NCBI GenBank assembly: GCA_001244265.2
Contig: LN717261.1
Location: forward strand, 2,247,591 to 2,311,590
DNA length: 64,000 nucleotides
Direction: 5' to 3'
From: Microbotryum violaceum
Taxonomy: Eukaryota
The position numbers and the translations under genes were made by a program. Positions 11,150-26,900 of this stretch are shown here, piece by piece. The notes below the pieces were generated by a model, which was not told where the DNA came from, ran no database searches, and saw only the letters and a program-made list of their open reading frames with translations. How positions within the stretch are numbered: position 1 is the stretch's first letter; each line of letters opens with the position of its first letter.

Positions 11150-14100
11150 TCAGAACAGTAAATCATCGAACCCTCCACTCTCGGCCGGTGGTGGCGGATG
11201 CGCTGAAGAAGTTTGACTAGATGATAGGGAGAGACAGTTCATTGAAGAGGGTGACATGGTTGCTCCGTTGGAATTGGGGGAAGTAAAATCGTCCATACCG
11301 CCGAACGGCGACGATTCGAATGACATGGTTGGCATCGCTACGCCCATGCTTGTTGAGGAAGAGGTCAAGGCAGGTGCAACTGCTGGCCCTCCGAACAGGC
11401 CCAAGAGATCTGAAAAGTGATGGTTAGAAATGGGATCAGGACGAGTCAAAGTAGAATCAACTCTAATCGTCCTTCCGACTTACCTTCGAGCGGGTTCGCA
11501 CTAGCGTTCGTCGTTGAAGGTGCCCCGAACATGTCGCTCACGGTCTGCGATTCGCCGATCGGTTCCTCGTCATCAAAGTCCAGCAACTGTAGAACAACGA
11601 CGGAACTTAAGAGATCAGACGTTGCAACGCAAGGAACAGTTTGCAACCTGGTAATTACTCACGTTCTCTGCCTTTTGTCCAGCAACGAGAGTGGCGAGCG
11701 CTGCCTCGCGCGTGACTTGCTCGTTGACGCGTTGCTGAGAAATCTGATCGGCACCGAGCTTGCCACCGGCGATGAAAGCCTGCACCGGCTTGTGGTACAC
11801 CGCACTACATGAACACGAGGACGCCATAAGCATCGATATGAAACCCAAAACCACGGACGCTCACTAAAGTCACTCACGACAGACTGCCTAGCTCTCCAAT
11901 CAGATCCTCCAACAGCCCGGCAGGCACACTTGTCTCTGGCCAGGAGATCGGTGGTCGACTGGCCAAAATGACCCTCTTGGCCGTCTCCGTATCCGAACTC
12001 AACAACCTCCATTGGATGTACGCACGATCCCTCAAATCAGGGTTATCCGCCGTTTTGGTCGCCAATGCCAAGACTCGTTGCACCAATGCCTGAGCTTCGT
12101 CAGGACGTTGGAGGAAGAGTTTGACCACGGCCGTCAAAGCTTGCAGTTGCACTTGAATCGGTTCTTCGGCGTAGTTGGTCAAGAAAGAACCAAGCAATTC
12201 GGCGGCGTTGTCGATTTTGGAGGCGTACTCTCCGAGGATCCAGATAAGCGAGGCTTTGGCTTCGGGCTCGTCGAGCTCGTCCAAGGACGCGCATAGTGTA
12301 GGGATGATGCCTTCGTAGCGTTGGGGATATTTACGGAAGATGTCCTTAAGCAAGCCGAATGGGATTCAGTGACCGATACTCCCTCGCAAACGGAATCATA
12401 AAAAGTGACTCACTTTGATGACAATGATAGATTCCTGAACGACGTAGCTAACCCTCGTCGAGATGAGCTCAAGTAGCACATTGACGCAACGCTCCGCCGC
12501 GCCTTCGATTTTGATCGCGCATTGCCCGATCGCTCGCACACTCTTGCGCACGAAATCGACGTCGACCTCGGAAGCGTACTCCTTGAGTTCGGACAAGAAA
12601 GTATCAACGTTCTTCTCGGTCACGAGTTTGATCATGATCGCGAGTTTCTCGACCTTGACGTATGGGGAATCGTTGTACTTGCAGAAGAAGACGCGCATCT
12701 CATGCGAGAGCGCGTCGGGGCGGCGCTGGAGGATGAGGTTGATGTTGCGCAGTGCGACCCATTGCACCTCGGGTGCGGACGATACGAGCGTCACGAGCGG
12801 CGGCGCCATTTTGCGCAGGATCGATTTGACAAACTCTTCCCGCGAGACGGATCGGATGTGGATCATGATGACCTGATACAAATAAAGCCGACAAGGGTCA
12901 GTTTTGGAGCTGGACATTCCAACTGTGGGGTGTCCTGGCTTAACGCACCTTGATAGCGGCCAATACGACACTCCCGTTCGCGTGTTGGAACTGGGGAATC
13001 ACGCGTTCACAAATGTGCTCGGCCTCCTTCTCGTCCTCGGCCTTGTACTTTGCGACCGCGTTGAGAATCGCTATCCGGCCCCATTCGGTGCATTCTCCGA
13101 GTGCAATCAGCAAACGGGACAAGGTTGTCGAGTCGAGCACAAAGATCGAGTCGTCCTCGGCCGACTCTTGGATCTCGGTCAGGGCCAGCACGGCGTTCGC
13201 AACGACCTGGGCGGGGTGGGGGGGATGGCGGCATCAGCCTGTTTCCATGTATGCATAAATCCACAATTTAGGACCACTCACCATCGGATTCGAGTCCGTG
13301 ACCATCTCCTGCAGTTGGGTGATGAAACCGTTGTCGATGCACAAACTCGGCTTGAGATCGTACAGCTTGACGACACCGATCGCTGCCGTCTTGCGAACGT
13401 AAGGGTTTTCGTCGCGCAGACACTTGCGCAAGGGGTCGCAGACGTAATCGAGGATTTTGTCGGCGCGGAGACAACCCATTGTACGGATGGCAAGAGCTCG
13501 GATCAACGGGTTTGGGTCATCGGTGTCCTGTACAAAGCCGAGTAGGTGAGCAGGGGCGACCGAGGTGGAAGCACGACGACTAGCGCACCTTTACGAACGT
13601 GTTGACGGCAAGAATGACGAGTTCAGGTTGGGTTTTGGCATAGTTCATGAGGTAGAGGTAGACGAGCTTTTTTTGTTCGAGACTGTGCAGTAGGAGTGTC
13701 GCCGAGGGTCAGCTCCGGCACTCGGTGTTGCCCTCGTCATGCTAGAATGGCCAGACGGACTCTTCGGTTTGCATGTTCTTGAGCACATCGGGAAAGAGGG
13801 CTGTAGACAAGGACAAGCCGTGTCAGTGCGGTGGTTCGTCTGCGCGGTGCGAGGTCGGGGAAGCAGCTGCCTGGCTGAGGCAAGTGACACGCGTGCAGTC
13901 GCGAGCGTGTGTCGGCGTCGGGGTCTACGAGGCACTCCCCACTGTACCAAGGTGCGCAGAGCTGTCACGCACCCGATACATCTTTTCCGACTGCACCCAA
14001 CACCAAGGAGAAGAATTATCGTCAGCCGGTCACCTATGATTCCGACTCGGCCCACCCCAAGCGGTGACTGACCGGTCATGCTCGCAATCACACGCTTGAT

Positions 14101-14214
14101 CGCCTCCTTGCGAGGGTCACGGTACTGCGAGTTGAGATCCGCTCGCAGTTCGGCATTCTCTCCTCTTGCTCGGGTATTCGGTCCTGTACGGGGGGCGGGA
14201 CCACGCGACGCCAT
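11150..14214 (-). CDS. APL2: AP-1 clathrin adaptor complex beta subunit (beta-adaptin), multi-exon with an 18-nt microexon at 13973-13990
   Basis: Motifs: [102 protein letters not shown]. The tail ends DDLLF. AP-1 rather than AP-2 is by recalled similarity. Confidence 0.9.
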
Positions 14215-14549
14215 TGTCGTCGAAGGAGGAACGCGGCGGGGGGTTTCCGGCGGTTCGATCAGGATCAGCGTTTAGCACGCGCTCGGCGGATCCCTGAGCT
14301 CGTGGATGAGGAGGAGGAGAGGTCAACCGATATTCTGAGGTCCGTAGATACCCCCTTTTTTTAAATGCGCTCAGCCGTGTCGTATAAGTGGGTGTGACGG
14401 AAGCGGTGAACACCGTTGAACAGAGCCGAGCCGCGTTGTCGACACGTCGAGTGGAGGTCCACATAATCAGATTAGTAATACAACCAAGCTCTTGAACTCT
14501 CATCTACCGGGGGCAAATGACAGTTGGATAACCCCCCGCGTCACTATGA

Positions 14550-16319
<1,770 letters not shown>

Positions 16320-17247
16320 GAATTGGCGCTGGCCCTCACCCAGCAGCATGCTCTCTTACTCTCATCGTTCTTCTTTTTCCAATTCGTCGAAACCCGGTTG
16401 TTGCACTGCATTACTTCGGCCGTCGGTTAGACGTAGTCGTTTCGACTTCTCAAATAAAGCGACTCGGAGTTGGGGTCATCAGTGGGTTATGGCTTCGCAA
16501 TAGGTTCGGGATGATGAACGAGGTTTGGAGGGGAGGGGAGGGGAGGGGGGTACGTGAAGATCCAGGTAGGATATGGAGTATTCCTCGGAGTAATTCCTGG
16601 AATTCGTGCTGGCCGAAGAATGCTTGAATCGGCTCTTGGGAGCTTGGGAAAGTGGGGGGGCAAAGATGGGCTTCAAGAGTTTTTTAGGAGTCATGTCTTC
16701 GAGGATTGTATTATGAGAGTGGGGTATTGTGCTATCCACCGGGACCAGGTTCAACAGTTTTGAGTACGACCGTTGCTCTAGAAGCCTCGACCGGACACGC
16801 GTTCCATGACCTCTTGCAACCCCCTAGCGGGCTTCGACGAAAGTACTTCGTTGTTCCGACTCGGAGACTTGGGTGTTGAATGAGGCAGGGAGTTGTGTGT
16901 AAGGACCTTGGTCTCTATGTATCAGTCCATCAAGTACTCGACCTACAATAGGTACATAAAACACTTAATCTGTGCTCGCATGGGTGCCGTGCTCTCCTAC
17001 AAGGAGTGAAGCTACATTGACGATTCAGTTGACCAGTTTCGTGACAGGGGGCTATTCTGACAGATCCACTTTCCGCGTGTCCTGAAGGCAGTGTCGCTAA
17101 TTTTTTTTTTCTTTCTCGGCGAGCTTTGTACCTCTTGAGCCATGCAAGTTCCTTTCGGGCATATAACAAAATGGTGTATCTATCTCTCACAGAGTATGAG
17201 GAGAAACAACTGAAATGCAACTTCAGTACCTCTGGGGAGGCGCCAAA

Positions 17248-20200
17248 CTACAACCAAGCCTCAATCAAACTCTTGCCAAATTCATCACTCCAAATCGGCA
17301 TCCCCGTTCTCTCCTCCAATATCTTCCCCATCGTCATCAAGCGCAGTTCGACATTCCCTCGATCCGTCCGTACGACTTGCGATAACTGTTTCAAAACAGA
17401 GAGAGAAGGCGCGCGGTGGTGCACGAGGTAAAGTGAGAACGCTTGGCCTTGAATTGGGTCCGAGGGCCATCTGCCGTGGAGGACGTAATCCCTTAGCGAT
17501 GAGGAAGAATCGTCGACGTGGGAAGCCACGGGTTTTGGAGGCTGAGCGAGGTAGTCAATAAAAGCAGATCGAAAGAGTTTTTCCTTGACAGAGGGCGTCG
17601 AACCAGTTTTTGAAGTAGCCCTTTTCGTCGAAGAAGTTTTCCCATCCCCGAATAAAGTCCCAAAGACTTTATTACCGTACAAATCAACGATGAAACTGAT
17701 CTGTTCTTGTGCCCAAATCTTGCCGTGCTCTTCTTCAAGTTGTTTGGCGTGGAAGAGACCATGATAAACCCCGACCAGGTCTTTTTTGTCCCGAGTGAGG
17801 CATTCGAGCAAGACTGTTGAAGCGAAAGCTTCGAATTCTGTCGGTGGCTTGTATCGCGTCGAAGAAGGGTCGCAGATGTACGAAACCATCGCCAAAGCTT
17901 CGACATCGTCTGAAAAACTGTTGACGAATTCTTGTAATCCCGCAGAAGAAGGTGACAGTAAACGTACGGTCCGACCAAAGTCAAGCACGGCCGATCCAGT
18001 CTCGGACTTTGAACGCGTAAAAATTGAGCGTACACCTCGGGGATCTTGAGCATACGATAAGTGACCTGTACGTCGTTTGACCCAAAGTGTAGTGTGATCG
18101 GCCAAAAAAGCCTCACGTTGGTGCGCCGACGAAGGCGAAGTTAGATTGAGCGCAAAAGGCCAGTACCGCGGTGTATCGACTTGAATGGTTTGAATCAACT
18201 TTAGTTCGGGGATCAATGTAGGCGCGACCAGTTGTTTGGCGCGCACTTCGGACTGCGCACCGGCGGTCGAGGTCGATATAGGGTCGACCAAACGTAATCG
18301 TACGGGTAAGAAAGTCGATTCGTCCGTGTCGATATCCCGGGCTACGAGGCAGCGCGGTTCGACGGCAATGGTCCACAGATGCCTGTAGGCTTGCAGATGA
18401 GAACGATTCTCACCGGGCATGGGTGGAAAGGCGGGGAAGAACGAGATGACGAGTGCTGCAATCGCGGCGTTTGAGGTCCCTAGGGTGTATTGACCGGAGC
18501 CAGCACACAGCAGCCCCAGTGCCATGTGTGAAGCAAGGTGCGTGCCGTACGTGACACCCTCACCGAAATGACCGTGGGCGACGCGTAGGCGACGCAAGAC
18601 GTTGATCTCTCCCGTTCCTGCCATGACCATCGACAACGCGACCGCCATAATGGACAAGCACGACCGGATCGCGTGGCGTCTGATCTTGGCTTGTACGGTC
18701 GGAGCTGCGCAATTTGACAAGGTGGGGGTTAGCACCTGCTTTCAAAACAAAAGTTGACGCTAGCTCGCTCTCAACTCTCACCTTTGGTATAAGCCGCTCT
18801 GGTCAATTGATCCAGGTAGTGAATCAAAGTCCCGTGGGCCTCCGCTGCCGCTGTTCCTGCAAACTTGAGTCCGATCGCAAAGCATGCACCGGCAATGATG
18901 CTCCATCTCGCAATCTCTAGATCCGCATCCGCTGCAACGCCCTTCTGCTTCGCCGTTTCGACAGCTTGGGAGATGAACATCGGTACGTGGGATTCAACCC
19001 ACGTCTTGGAGAGTTGAATACGATTCCAGAGGATCATCGCTCTGGCCAGCGTACGTACGAGAAGAAGATCAGCGCGAACGTAATCGAGGCGACGAGGGGT
19101 GTCTGGTATCTCGAGCAAGGAAGCGACGTCGTGGCGCTCGGTGCGAAGGTACATGAATGCTAGTGCCATTGTCGCTGCTGAGCTGGTCACGTTGATATCG
19201 GTGACGTGGCACGCTTTGGACGTTGACCCAGCAGGCGTGGGGAGAGGTCGATGCGATTCTCCGGTAACGAGTGCCCTCAACGTTTTGAGCAGTGCCACCT
19301 CTCCCGGTGTGGCTTCCGCGTTCGTACCGCTCGCGAGCATGATGAGACCAAACGAAAATCCTGCGGATAAAGCGTACGCTTCTCTACATGCCGCAGCGTC
19401 CTCGGTGGTCGTCACGTGAATCGCGCACAATTCCCTAACCATCACGTCCGCAAGTGTACGTTTCGAAGACCCAAGATGCAACAACCCCAGACCAAATAGC
19501 GAAGCGGCTTGTGTCATACCCGAGACGTTCAGTGTCGACGAGTTGGGTGGATGCAGAGCCGCCAAGTGGACCGAGAGAAGGCTCATGACCTTGGGGTCGC
19601 ATGTTCCTAGATACGTCGCGGCCAATCCCAATAAGAGTCCTATCGAGGTCGGATCGTGCTTCATCCGGAGATACTCAAACACTTGGTTGAACGCGATCTT
19701 GCTCAAATGCCCCGAAAGACCAAGCCCAAACAGGAACCCGGCATGCTTCGAATCGAGTTCGGCAGGTTTGTTGAAGGAGATGTGCGAGGCGTCGAAACCG
19801 AAATCGTTCATAGGACCAACAGAGCTCGTTGTGGAAGCAGCTTGGTACTGCAACGCCGCAGCGACACCGGCATGGAAGTTTGGCCACTCTAAACGCTCGC
19901 CATGACCCGGACTCCCGCTCTCGCGAGGCTCCTTTTCGACGAGTGAGACGGGCGAAGGCATTGGCAAGATGCGCGCAGACGTATTGATGGACGGAATCGT
20001 CACAGCATCCGTGGGCGGTCCCGAATTGGTGCGATAGGTGAACATCGCATAGCCAACGGGAAGAGCGAGCGTTCGATGCGAGAGGTAGAGCAGGAGCGAT
20101 TGTTGTGTCTGAGGTGTGAGCTGGTCGAGGGTTCGGTCGGCCCGATCTCCGCCAATAGTGACGGGCTCCACGAACTGCAGCATACGCATCACCTCTTCTA

Positions 20201-23200
20201 ATCGCCGATCCTCGTTGAACCTGACCGCGTTCGAGGTGCTGACGGCAAGGTCGTCTCTGTTGGCGGACGGTTGGCTCGACGAAAGGAAGAGACTCGTGGC
20301 CTTGCCAGCCTTTATCGTCTGTGCGATTTGGTCGATCGCGGTGGAACCACTCAAACTCGCGAGCTGGCCAGTCATAAAAGAGTTCAGTTCAACCGCTGTA
20401 CTATGCACTCCATCTAAGGTGATTTTTTTCTTACCTCCTTGTGCCCGTCAGTCGCATCTCGCTCCGGTCCTCTTCCTTGCCGCGCCAAATCGGGTCTCCT
20501 GATCAGCTCGTACGCCTTCTCGCCCATTCCAGCCGGTGCAGCACTCTGGCAAGCTCTAGCCGCTTCTCTCAACACCATGCCCACCCCAAGAGCAAGACGA
20601 TCGAGGGCTGCAGCATCGATACCCAACTCGACCATACGTTCGACGACGGGTTTAGAACGCAAGAGTGGGGTTTTGTTTGGGTCGTGGGATTCGACGAGGG
20701 TCGTAAAGAGCTGGAATAGCGAGTCGATCGTTTGGACTGGATGAGGCTTCAGAGCGTTATAAAAGTAGGCGCCGTCGGTACCGAACTGGTCTGCAATCCC
20801 TGAAAGCGTACACCATGACCGACGAAGTGGCAAGGTCGAATCCGACGAGGCGGTGCCTCGCAGGAGGATGGAAAGCTGATCCAATACTCTCGGTGGCGAT
20901 CGAGGCAGTGGCGAGAGCTTACCCGCAAGTGGCACATCTGTGTGCATGAAAGAGATCAGCGTGGTGAACTTGTTTTGGAAGAGACGAGCTGCGAACATAC
21001 TGTACGCCGTCTCATCCGAGGGGATCCCCAAAGACCGTCGGTAGACATCGACCCATTCCTCCAGACCCAATGACGCAGCCAATGAGAAAACCAATTGGCT
21101 GAGCCTTTTGCATTCGTCCATTTTTAACGTCGATAGCCTGAGATCCTCGGCGACGAGATGAAGCGTTGCGACGACTACTTTTAGATCCTCCCTTTCGGTT
21201 GCATCAAGTGGTGAGGCGATCTGACGAGCGTTCGATGGTGCGACCTTGGCTGACCGCAAGCTGCGAAACACACCGAGTACCGGGTCGTTGGGCGCATCAT
21301 TCGTAGCTTGGATGATCACGGTGGCCGCATCCCGGTGGTTTCCGGAAACTTCCACTTCACCCTGTCGCAGCAGTATAGCGGTGAACGCTGCCCATGCCCC
21401 TGACCGGTCTCTTTGACAGGTGACGCGAACCTTGCGTTCAAGTGAGACAAACTGGTCCGTTGACAACGTGAGGCTGAGCGCCTGCAAACAGGTCCTCGTC
21501 AAATCTTCGCGAAGCAGTTCATTCGTAGGGAGCTCCACGAGCGATCGATTCCCGTCCAGAGTGGTGACGCAGACGTGACCACTACCATTGCCCTCGAGCT
21601 TTCGGATAGGCCCTTCTCCGATTCGGCCATCGAAGGTGATGGGCTCGTCATGGCCCTGGACATGCGCAATTCTCCATCCCTGCGCACCTGGTTGCTTGAC
21701 CAAGAGATCTTTCACACCATTGCCTCGTAAGTGAGAGACGACACATGCGTGCGTGGCCGAGGTTTGACGTATCGGTGCGACTGACTGCGCGTCGACGGAA
21801 AGGTAGAGTAGAGTCTGGCTCTGGGGCAGAAGAATAGCGAGCATCGACTTGTCCCGTCGGGTGTCGAAGAGGAAGGCTTGTATATCGTCAAAGACGGACC
21901 TGCAAGGGTGAACATTGAGAGTCAGACATCAGGACATAAGCTCCTATACCAGGGCGAGGAATAACACGTACGGTCCATGGCTGTTTGAGAAAGCCATCCC
22001 CCACTTTTTCTCGACGACCCATTCACTCGTTTCTCGCTCCTCCAACAGGCTTTCGACATCGGCACCTAGCACCGGATTGAACCACGTGCGATCACCCGCA
22101 TCTCCGGTGATTGCGTTGACGGTCGTTAGAACATGACCTTGGCTTGAACCTCCACCTTGGCCGAGTGCCATCCGATCCATGGTCACGCTCAGCTCGTTCC
22201 GTGTGAGAGACGTCCGTCGATTCTCGTGGGCCAGCCCTGCCGAGGAAGCCTTCGTCGCATTGCGTCGCATCCCGACCGATCCTGAAGCGCCCGAAGCAGC
22301 CAACACTTCCATGAGAAGGTGTTCCTCATTCGCTTCTGCGGCGTACGAAGATGTCGGTGGTGCGGAGAAAGAGATGCGTCGATTGACGGAAGTGGAAGCC
22401 CCCGCGGCCAGCGACGATGAGCCAACGCTCATCCGAGGCGCAGTAGCAGCGATCGAACCGTTCCTCTTGCGCTTCGATCCTACTCGATCAATGGCTGCAG
22501 GATCCTGGTGAGTCATTTCCTCTAGTCCAGAAAGGATCATCGAGCGGCGCGCCGTCAAGTCGGACTTGACTCGCGCTTTACCCTTTGTCGAAGATTCTTT
22601 GGGTCTGTCGAGATTCGATCGGGTGCAGCTCCACACGTCGAGCTTAGACTCGACCGTGTTGATTGTGACGAGTAAGGCGTGATCGTCCAGGTTGAGAGCG
22701 AGAACCTGAACGATCTTGTGCGGTCGCAGGGTCGTTGTTGTGAGTTCTGGGTCTTCGATGCGTTTGATCGAGTGTTTGACATTGTCGAGCGTATGCCAGT
22801 GCCCTCCCTTGGTTTCGATCAAGACGTCGCGGGGTAGGGACCACATCTTGTTCTCCTCCGCTGATGGGGCATGGGTCGAAGAAGGTGGTGAAGATTCGTG
22901 TTGGGCCAAAGTGAGAGGGACGATCCATGGTCCAGCTCCCGTCGGTGCGAGTGGGTAAACGTATAGCTCGTCGGTCGAAAGGGAAACGAGCAAATGTCGT
23001 TCGAGGACTTGTTGGGTTGCGAAATTTTCTTGTTCGTTCTCCGATGTGGGTTCGGGTGGATGTAGGGGTAAGGGTAGAGGGTCGTCGGTCCATGGCATCG
23101 GAGGTGCAGGTTGGAAAGGGCCGAATAGAGCAGCGAGTCGATCTGGTCCGGCAGCCGTTGTCCTGGACGCAGATGAGGATGATGACGCGCCCGAGCTGTT

Positions 23201-23590
23201 GACTGAATGCTCGTGATTTGTGGCTCGGGTGGGAAGCTGAGCGAATACTGCCTGTCGTACGACGGCGTGGGGGAAAGAGTATGTGCGAGCGATCGAGGAC
23301 CCCGAAGAGTGCACGACGCGATGGCCGGACCAGGACAGGTGCTCGATAGTTGACGAGGACTGTGGGGACGCAACGAACAAGTGGGTAGATGAGGACAATG
23401 AGGAGGCCGGCGCTTCGGCTCGACGCGAGAGCTGCACGAGGCGGTCCAGATAGCTCGAACGCGTCGACGTCGCGGCTGTTGAGCCATCGTCGCGTCGCGA
23501 ATGGGACGTCGAGGATGATGCGAGCGGTGGTGATGCACCCAGCAAAGTGAAAGGGTCAGGATCGAGCCTCGGTACGTCGAATGCGAGCAT
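17248..23590 (-). CDS. APC1: Anaphase-promoting complex subunit 1 (APC1/BimE), multi-exon
   Basis: Motifs: RFNEDRRLEEV; WPNFHAGVAAAL; HAGFLFGLGLSGHL; REAYALSAGFSFGL; VMAGTGEINVLRRLR; YGTHLASHMALGLL; HLQAYRHLW. The start is placed at ATG 23590 (MLAFDVP); the ORF-track GTG at 23698 lies inside the transposon TIR. Confidence 0.93.
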
Positions 23591-23695
23591 TTCGGTTGGT
23601 TTTGTCTGGCCGCAAGCGGTGGAGGGAGGGAGCTTCCGTGCGACCGCGTTCGCTCCCCGCACTGGCCATTGAAGCGGTCCAAGCTCAAAAGCTCG

Positions 23696-23831
23696 CACCT
23701 CTGGCTATATATATAAGCACGCTAATAAGTGGCGCGCGCCGCGCGCCTCCGACCCTCGCTTCCGCGCGACGTAGCCATACATGTTGCCCCCCCTGCAACC
23801 CGGGTTGCTGGATGGCGCGAGGACTAGCGCA
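23696..23831 (+). repeat. Left terminal inverted repeat (136 bp)
   Basis: Reverse complement of 34179-34314 with 7 mismatches by manual comparison. Contains a TATATATATA run and the palindrome GCAACCCGGGTTGC (23795-23808). Confidence 0.97.
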
Positions 23832-23998
23832 ACTTGCTAATGAGATTGACCTATTATTAGGGAGTACTTGTGCAGTCGCCCGCAGAGCTGTCTCTTCCAG
23901 CCTCCCCCGCTCAGCGCCAAATCAGACCCGCCTCAGTTCTAAGACGAGCACCAACTATTGTAACACACAGTAATACATTCTCGGATTTGCATCAGACA

Positions 23999-26900
23999 AT
24001 GGGCAGGCATAAATGGAATCGCTTCAAGTTCCGACCTGACTACTTCGAGGGACATCCTGACTATAAGCCCCGACGCCTTCGTTCGGACCCTCAACTCCGC
24101 ACCAACATCCCGGAACCCGGCACATGGTTACGTACACTGCGCGCCAAATTCAGCAAAGAACCTTCAATGAACATGCTCGTGGCGAAGCTAGCTCGCCGTC
24201 TCCTCGGCCTCCAATGGCCCCTCCGATTCAGGCCGATTTCGACGAAGCCGCCAACCCGAGTGGGATGGATTGGGATGATGAACGCCACAGCGAGTACGGT
24301 GGTGGCTATGAACGCGACTTTAGTCCGGCCCCATACTTTCCGGATCGAACATCCCATATACCAATCGCGCCTGACTATAGTGCAACCGCCGAGCGATTAT
24401 CACTGGCTGATCTGCGCCAAGACGAAAGTTTCGAACCAGCCACACGTGGTCAGTCGAAGCAAGAAACGTACAAGCAGTTCGTGTTCAACGACTCTCGTCT
24501 TAGGCGCTTGGAACGGCCAGCGCTTCTGCGCCAGTACATCGCGTTTTGCGCTGGGGTCAAAGGTCATCTACGGCCCTTGATTGACGTGGACGAGGAGCTG
24601 TGCCAGGGTTCGGTCGCTAGCGAAGTGCCGCCGCCTTGTTCATGCGAGAGCCCCCTCACATTACTGCTTGACGTGTACGACCTCATAAGCTGTATGTGAA
24701 TAAGGCAAGTTGGGTCACTGTGTCGAATAACGCGCTGACAAGGTCGAATCGATGCAGTGGTCGAGGTACCGATCGCTTTTTGTCCGAGATCCAGCAACGA
24801 TAGCCCATGCCTTACGTACGCCGAGCGCCTTGCTCAGATCGGATTGATCGGATCGACCGCAGCTGCTCCTCGCTCTGCCTTCACCTTTCGACTTGTACAA
24901 TTTCTCGACTCCTGGTGGAGGACCGCGCCGTTTCCTGTTGATGGAGCAGCTCGCGGGCTCGACATTTTCTATGAGCAAACTGGATGGGGTCGGCCGGGCC
25001 TGAGTCAGCATAAATTCGTGAGCTCGACCCCCTGTCATGGTTGCTATTGATCATTGTCTGATATTTATCATCGTTCGCGCAGGACAAGGAGCTGCGAAAG
25101 CAACTCCAGCGCGCCCTTGACGAATTTCGGGCTCTCACGACATCCGAGCGAGAATTGGGCGACCTCGTCCTCGGTGTCGCGGGTTCTCTCTCGGATAAGT
25201 GTCCAGCATGCTACGGATCGACGCGTCTAGATCAAGCCCACCATAGAGTCGAAGTGCAGCATCTTGTCGCTCTGGATGGCAACTTCCAACATTCTCGCGA
25301 CACCTCAGCCAAACACGATTTTCAGGAGTCGACGCCAGCCCTCTTCATCGGCGAAGGCGAGCTCGAATCGATGAAGGAGATCTGTGATGGTGGCGACAGC
25401 AAGAAGTTAGAAAAGGTCCGCTGATCCGAGCCGCCCCCTGCGATCCTCTCAACGCGCTGACGCCCTTCCTCTCGCGTCTTGAAGGCCTGTGCCGATTCGT
25501 GGAAAGCGGCCAACGGCGGTGCGACACAAATCTCGCGGGGCAAGTCCGATACGGGCCTAGTTGTCTGTGTTTGCCGTCACGATATCGCGTTGAAGATGAT
25601 CAACTTGTATCAATCAGGCGAAGAGGTTCGTCAGCTCAGCTCCTCTCTCAACCGCTTACAAGGCCTGACGCTTGTTTTTGATGAGGCAGGCGCTACTACG
25701 GCTTATCGCTGCTGCAACATATTTCGAACCAACTCCCTTCCAACGATACACTCGGAGTGCTGTATGATGTTGCGTGTAATTTGGACGGCTACATGCAATC
25801 GGTCAGCAAGAGTGGCGGATCCGTCGTTCCTTAGATTTCTGGCCCTGGGGCGCCGCTGACCTGTACTGTACTTCGATCGCCTGCAGAGAAGTATCCTTCC
25901 CGATCTGTTTCCGAGATTGAAGTTTGCCACGAGCGTGTTTCATGCTTTTGCTCATCAATGGCCCTGCCAGCTTGAGTACAACCCGCGCCTGATTCAGCAC
26001 TTTGGGTTGACGGATGGGGAGGGATGCGAACGCGTTTGGAGTCAGCTCCGATCGCTCATCCCGATCAATCGTCCTGCGAGCGCTTCTCACCGGCGCGTCA
26101 ACATCTCGCGTCGCATCGACCTGATGAACAAGAACGGTGTTGACAGCCTCGGTATACTCTGCCATCCACACTTTCACGCCGTGTTCGTTACTTAATTGTG
26201 CGGTCCCTCCGAATGCTCAAGATCAGCTTGGAAGGACACAAACTGATCTGAGTGACGTTTCGGCAATATGGTCCGAGTCTGACCTTCTCGCGCAATGGGA
26301 TTTACAACGAGCTGCTCAAGCGGCCACAACGGCGGGTCAACGTCGGGAGAACGAGGACAAGGAGCGATTAGAGCTGTTTAACATTGTACAGAGGCTACAC
26401 CACATGGAAGAAAGGCTGTACGTTCGGCGCGTCAAACCCCATTGGAGGACGAGGGCGTAAAATTGACACTGTGTCTTGGCATTGTGTGTTCAGATTCGAT
26501 CCAATGGCTTCCGATGAAGCGAAGGCTCGCTTGCAGCAACAGCTAAGAGCTTACCAACAAGAATACGATCGCACGAAGGAGCTTGCAGCTTCAGGTGCGG
26601 CGCGCGTCCTATCTTTATGTGTATCGCCACCTGATGTTTGATGTCCCATGACATACCTAGATTTCCAGCATTTGTGCAACTGCGTAGTCAAACTTCGCGC
26701 ATTACACAAAGCGACGGTCCAATTGCAATGCTGTCAAGAACGAATTGACTCAATGGGTCGCGGACGAAGCGGCGCAACAATCGGTCAAGTCGAAGCCAGC
26801 AAGCTTGTCAGCGTCTCACAGACGCACAGCAAGAAAGTAAAAGTGGCAATCGATATGTACAATAAAGCGGTCGGGGATTACCGAAATGCTGCGACCGAGC

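Noticed and set aside
16400-17200. Short ORFs between DIM1 and APC1
   Set aside because: No motifs; consistent with UTR or intergenic sequence.
23591-23698. APC1 N-terminal extension from GTG 23698
   Set aside because: The non-ATG start lies inside the TIR; ATG 23590 is more plausible.
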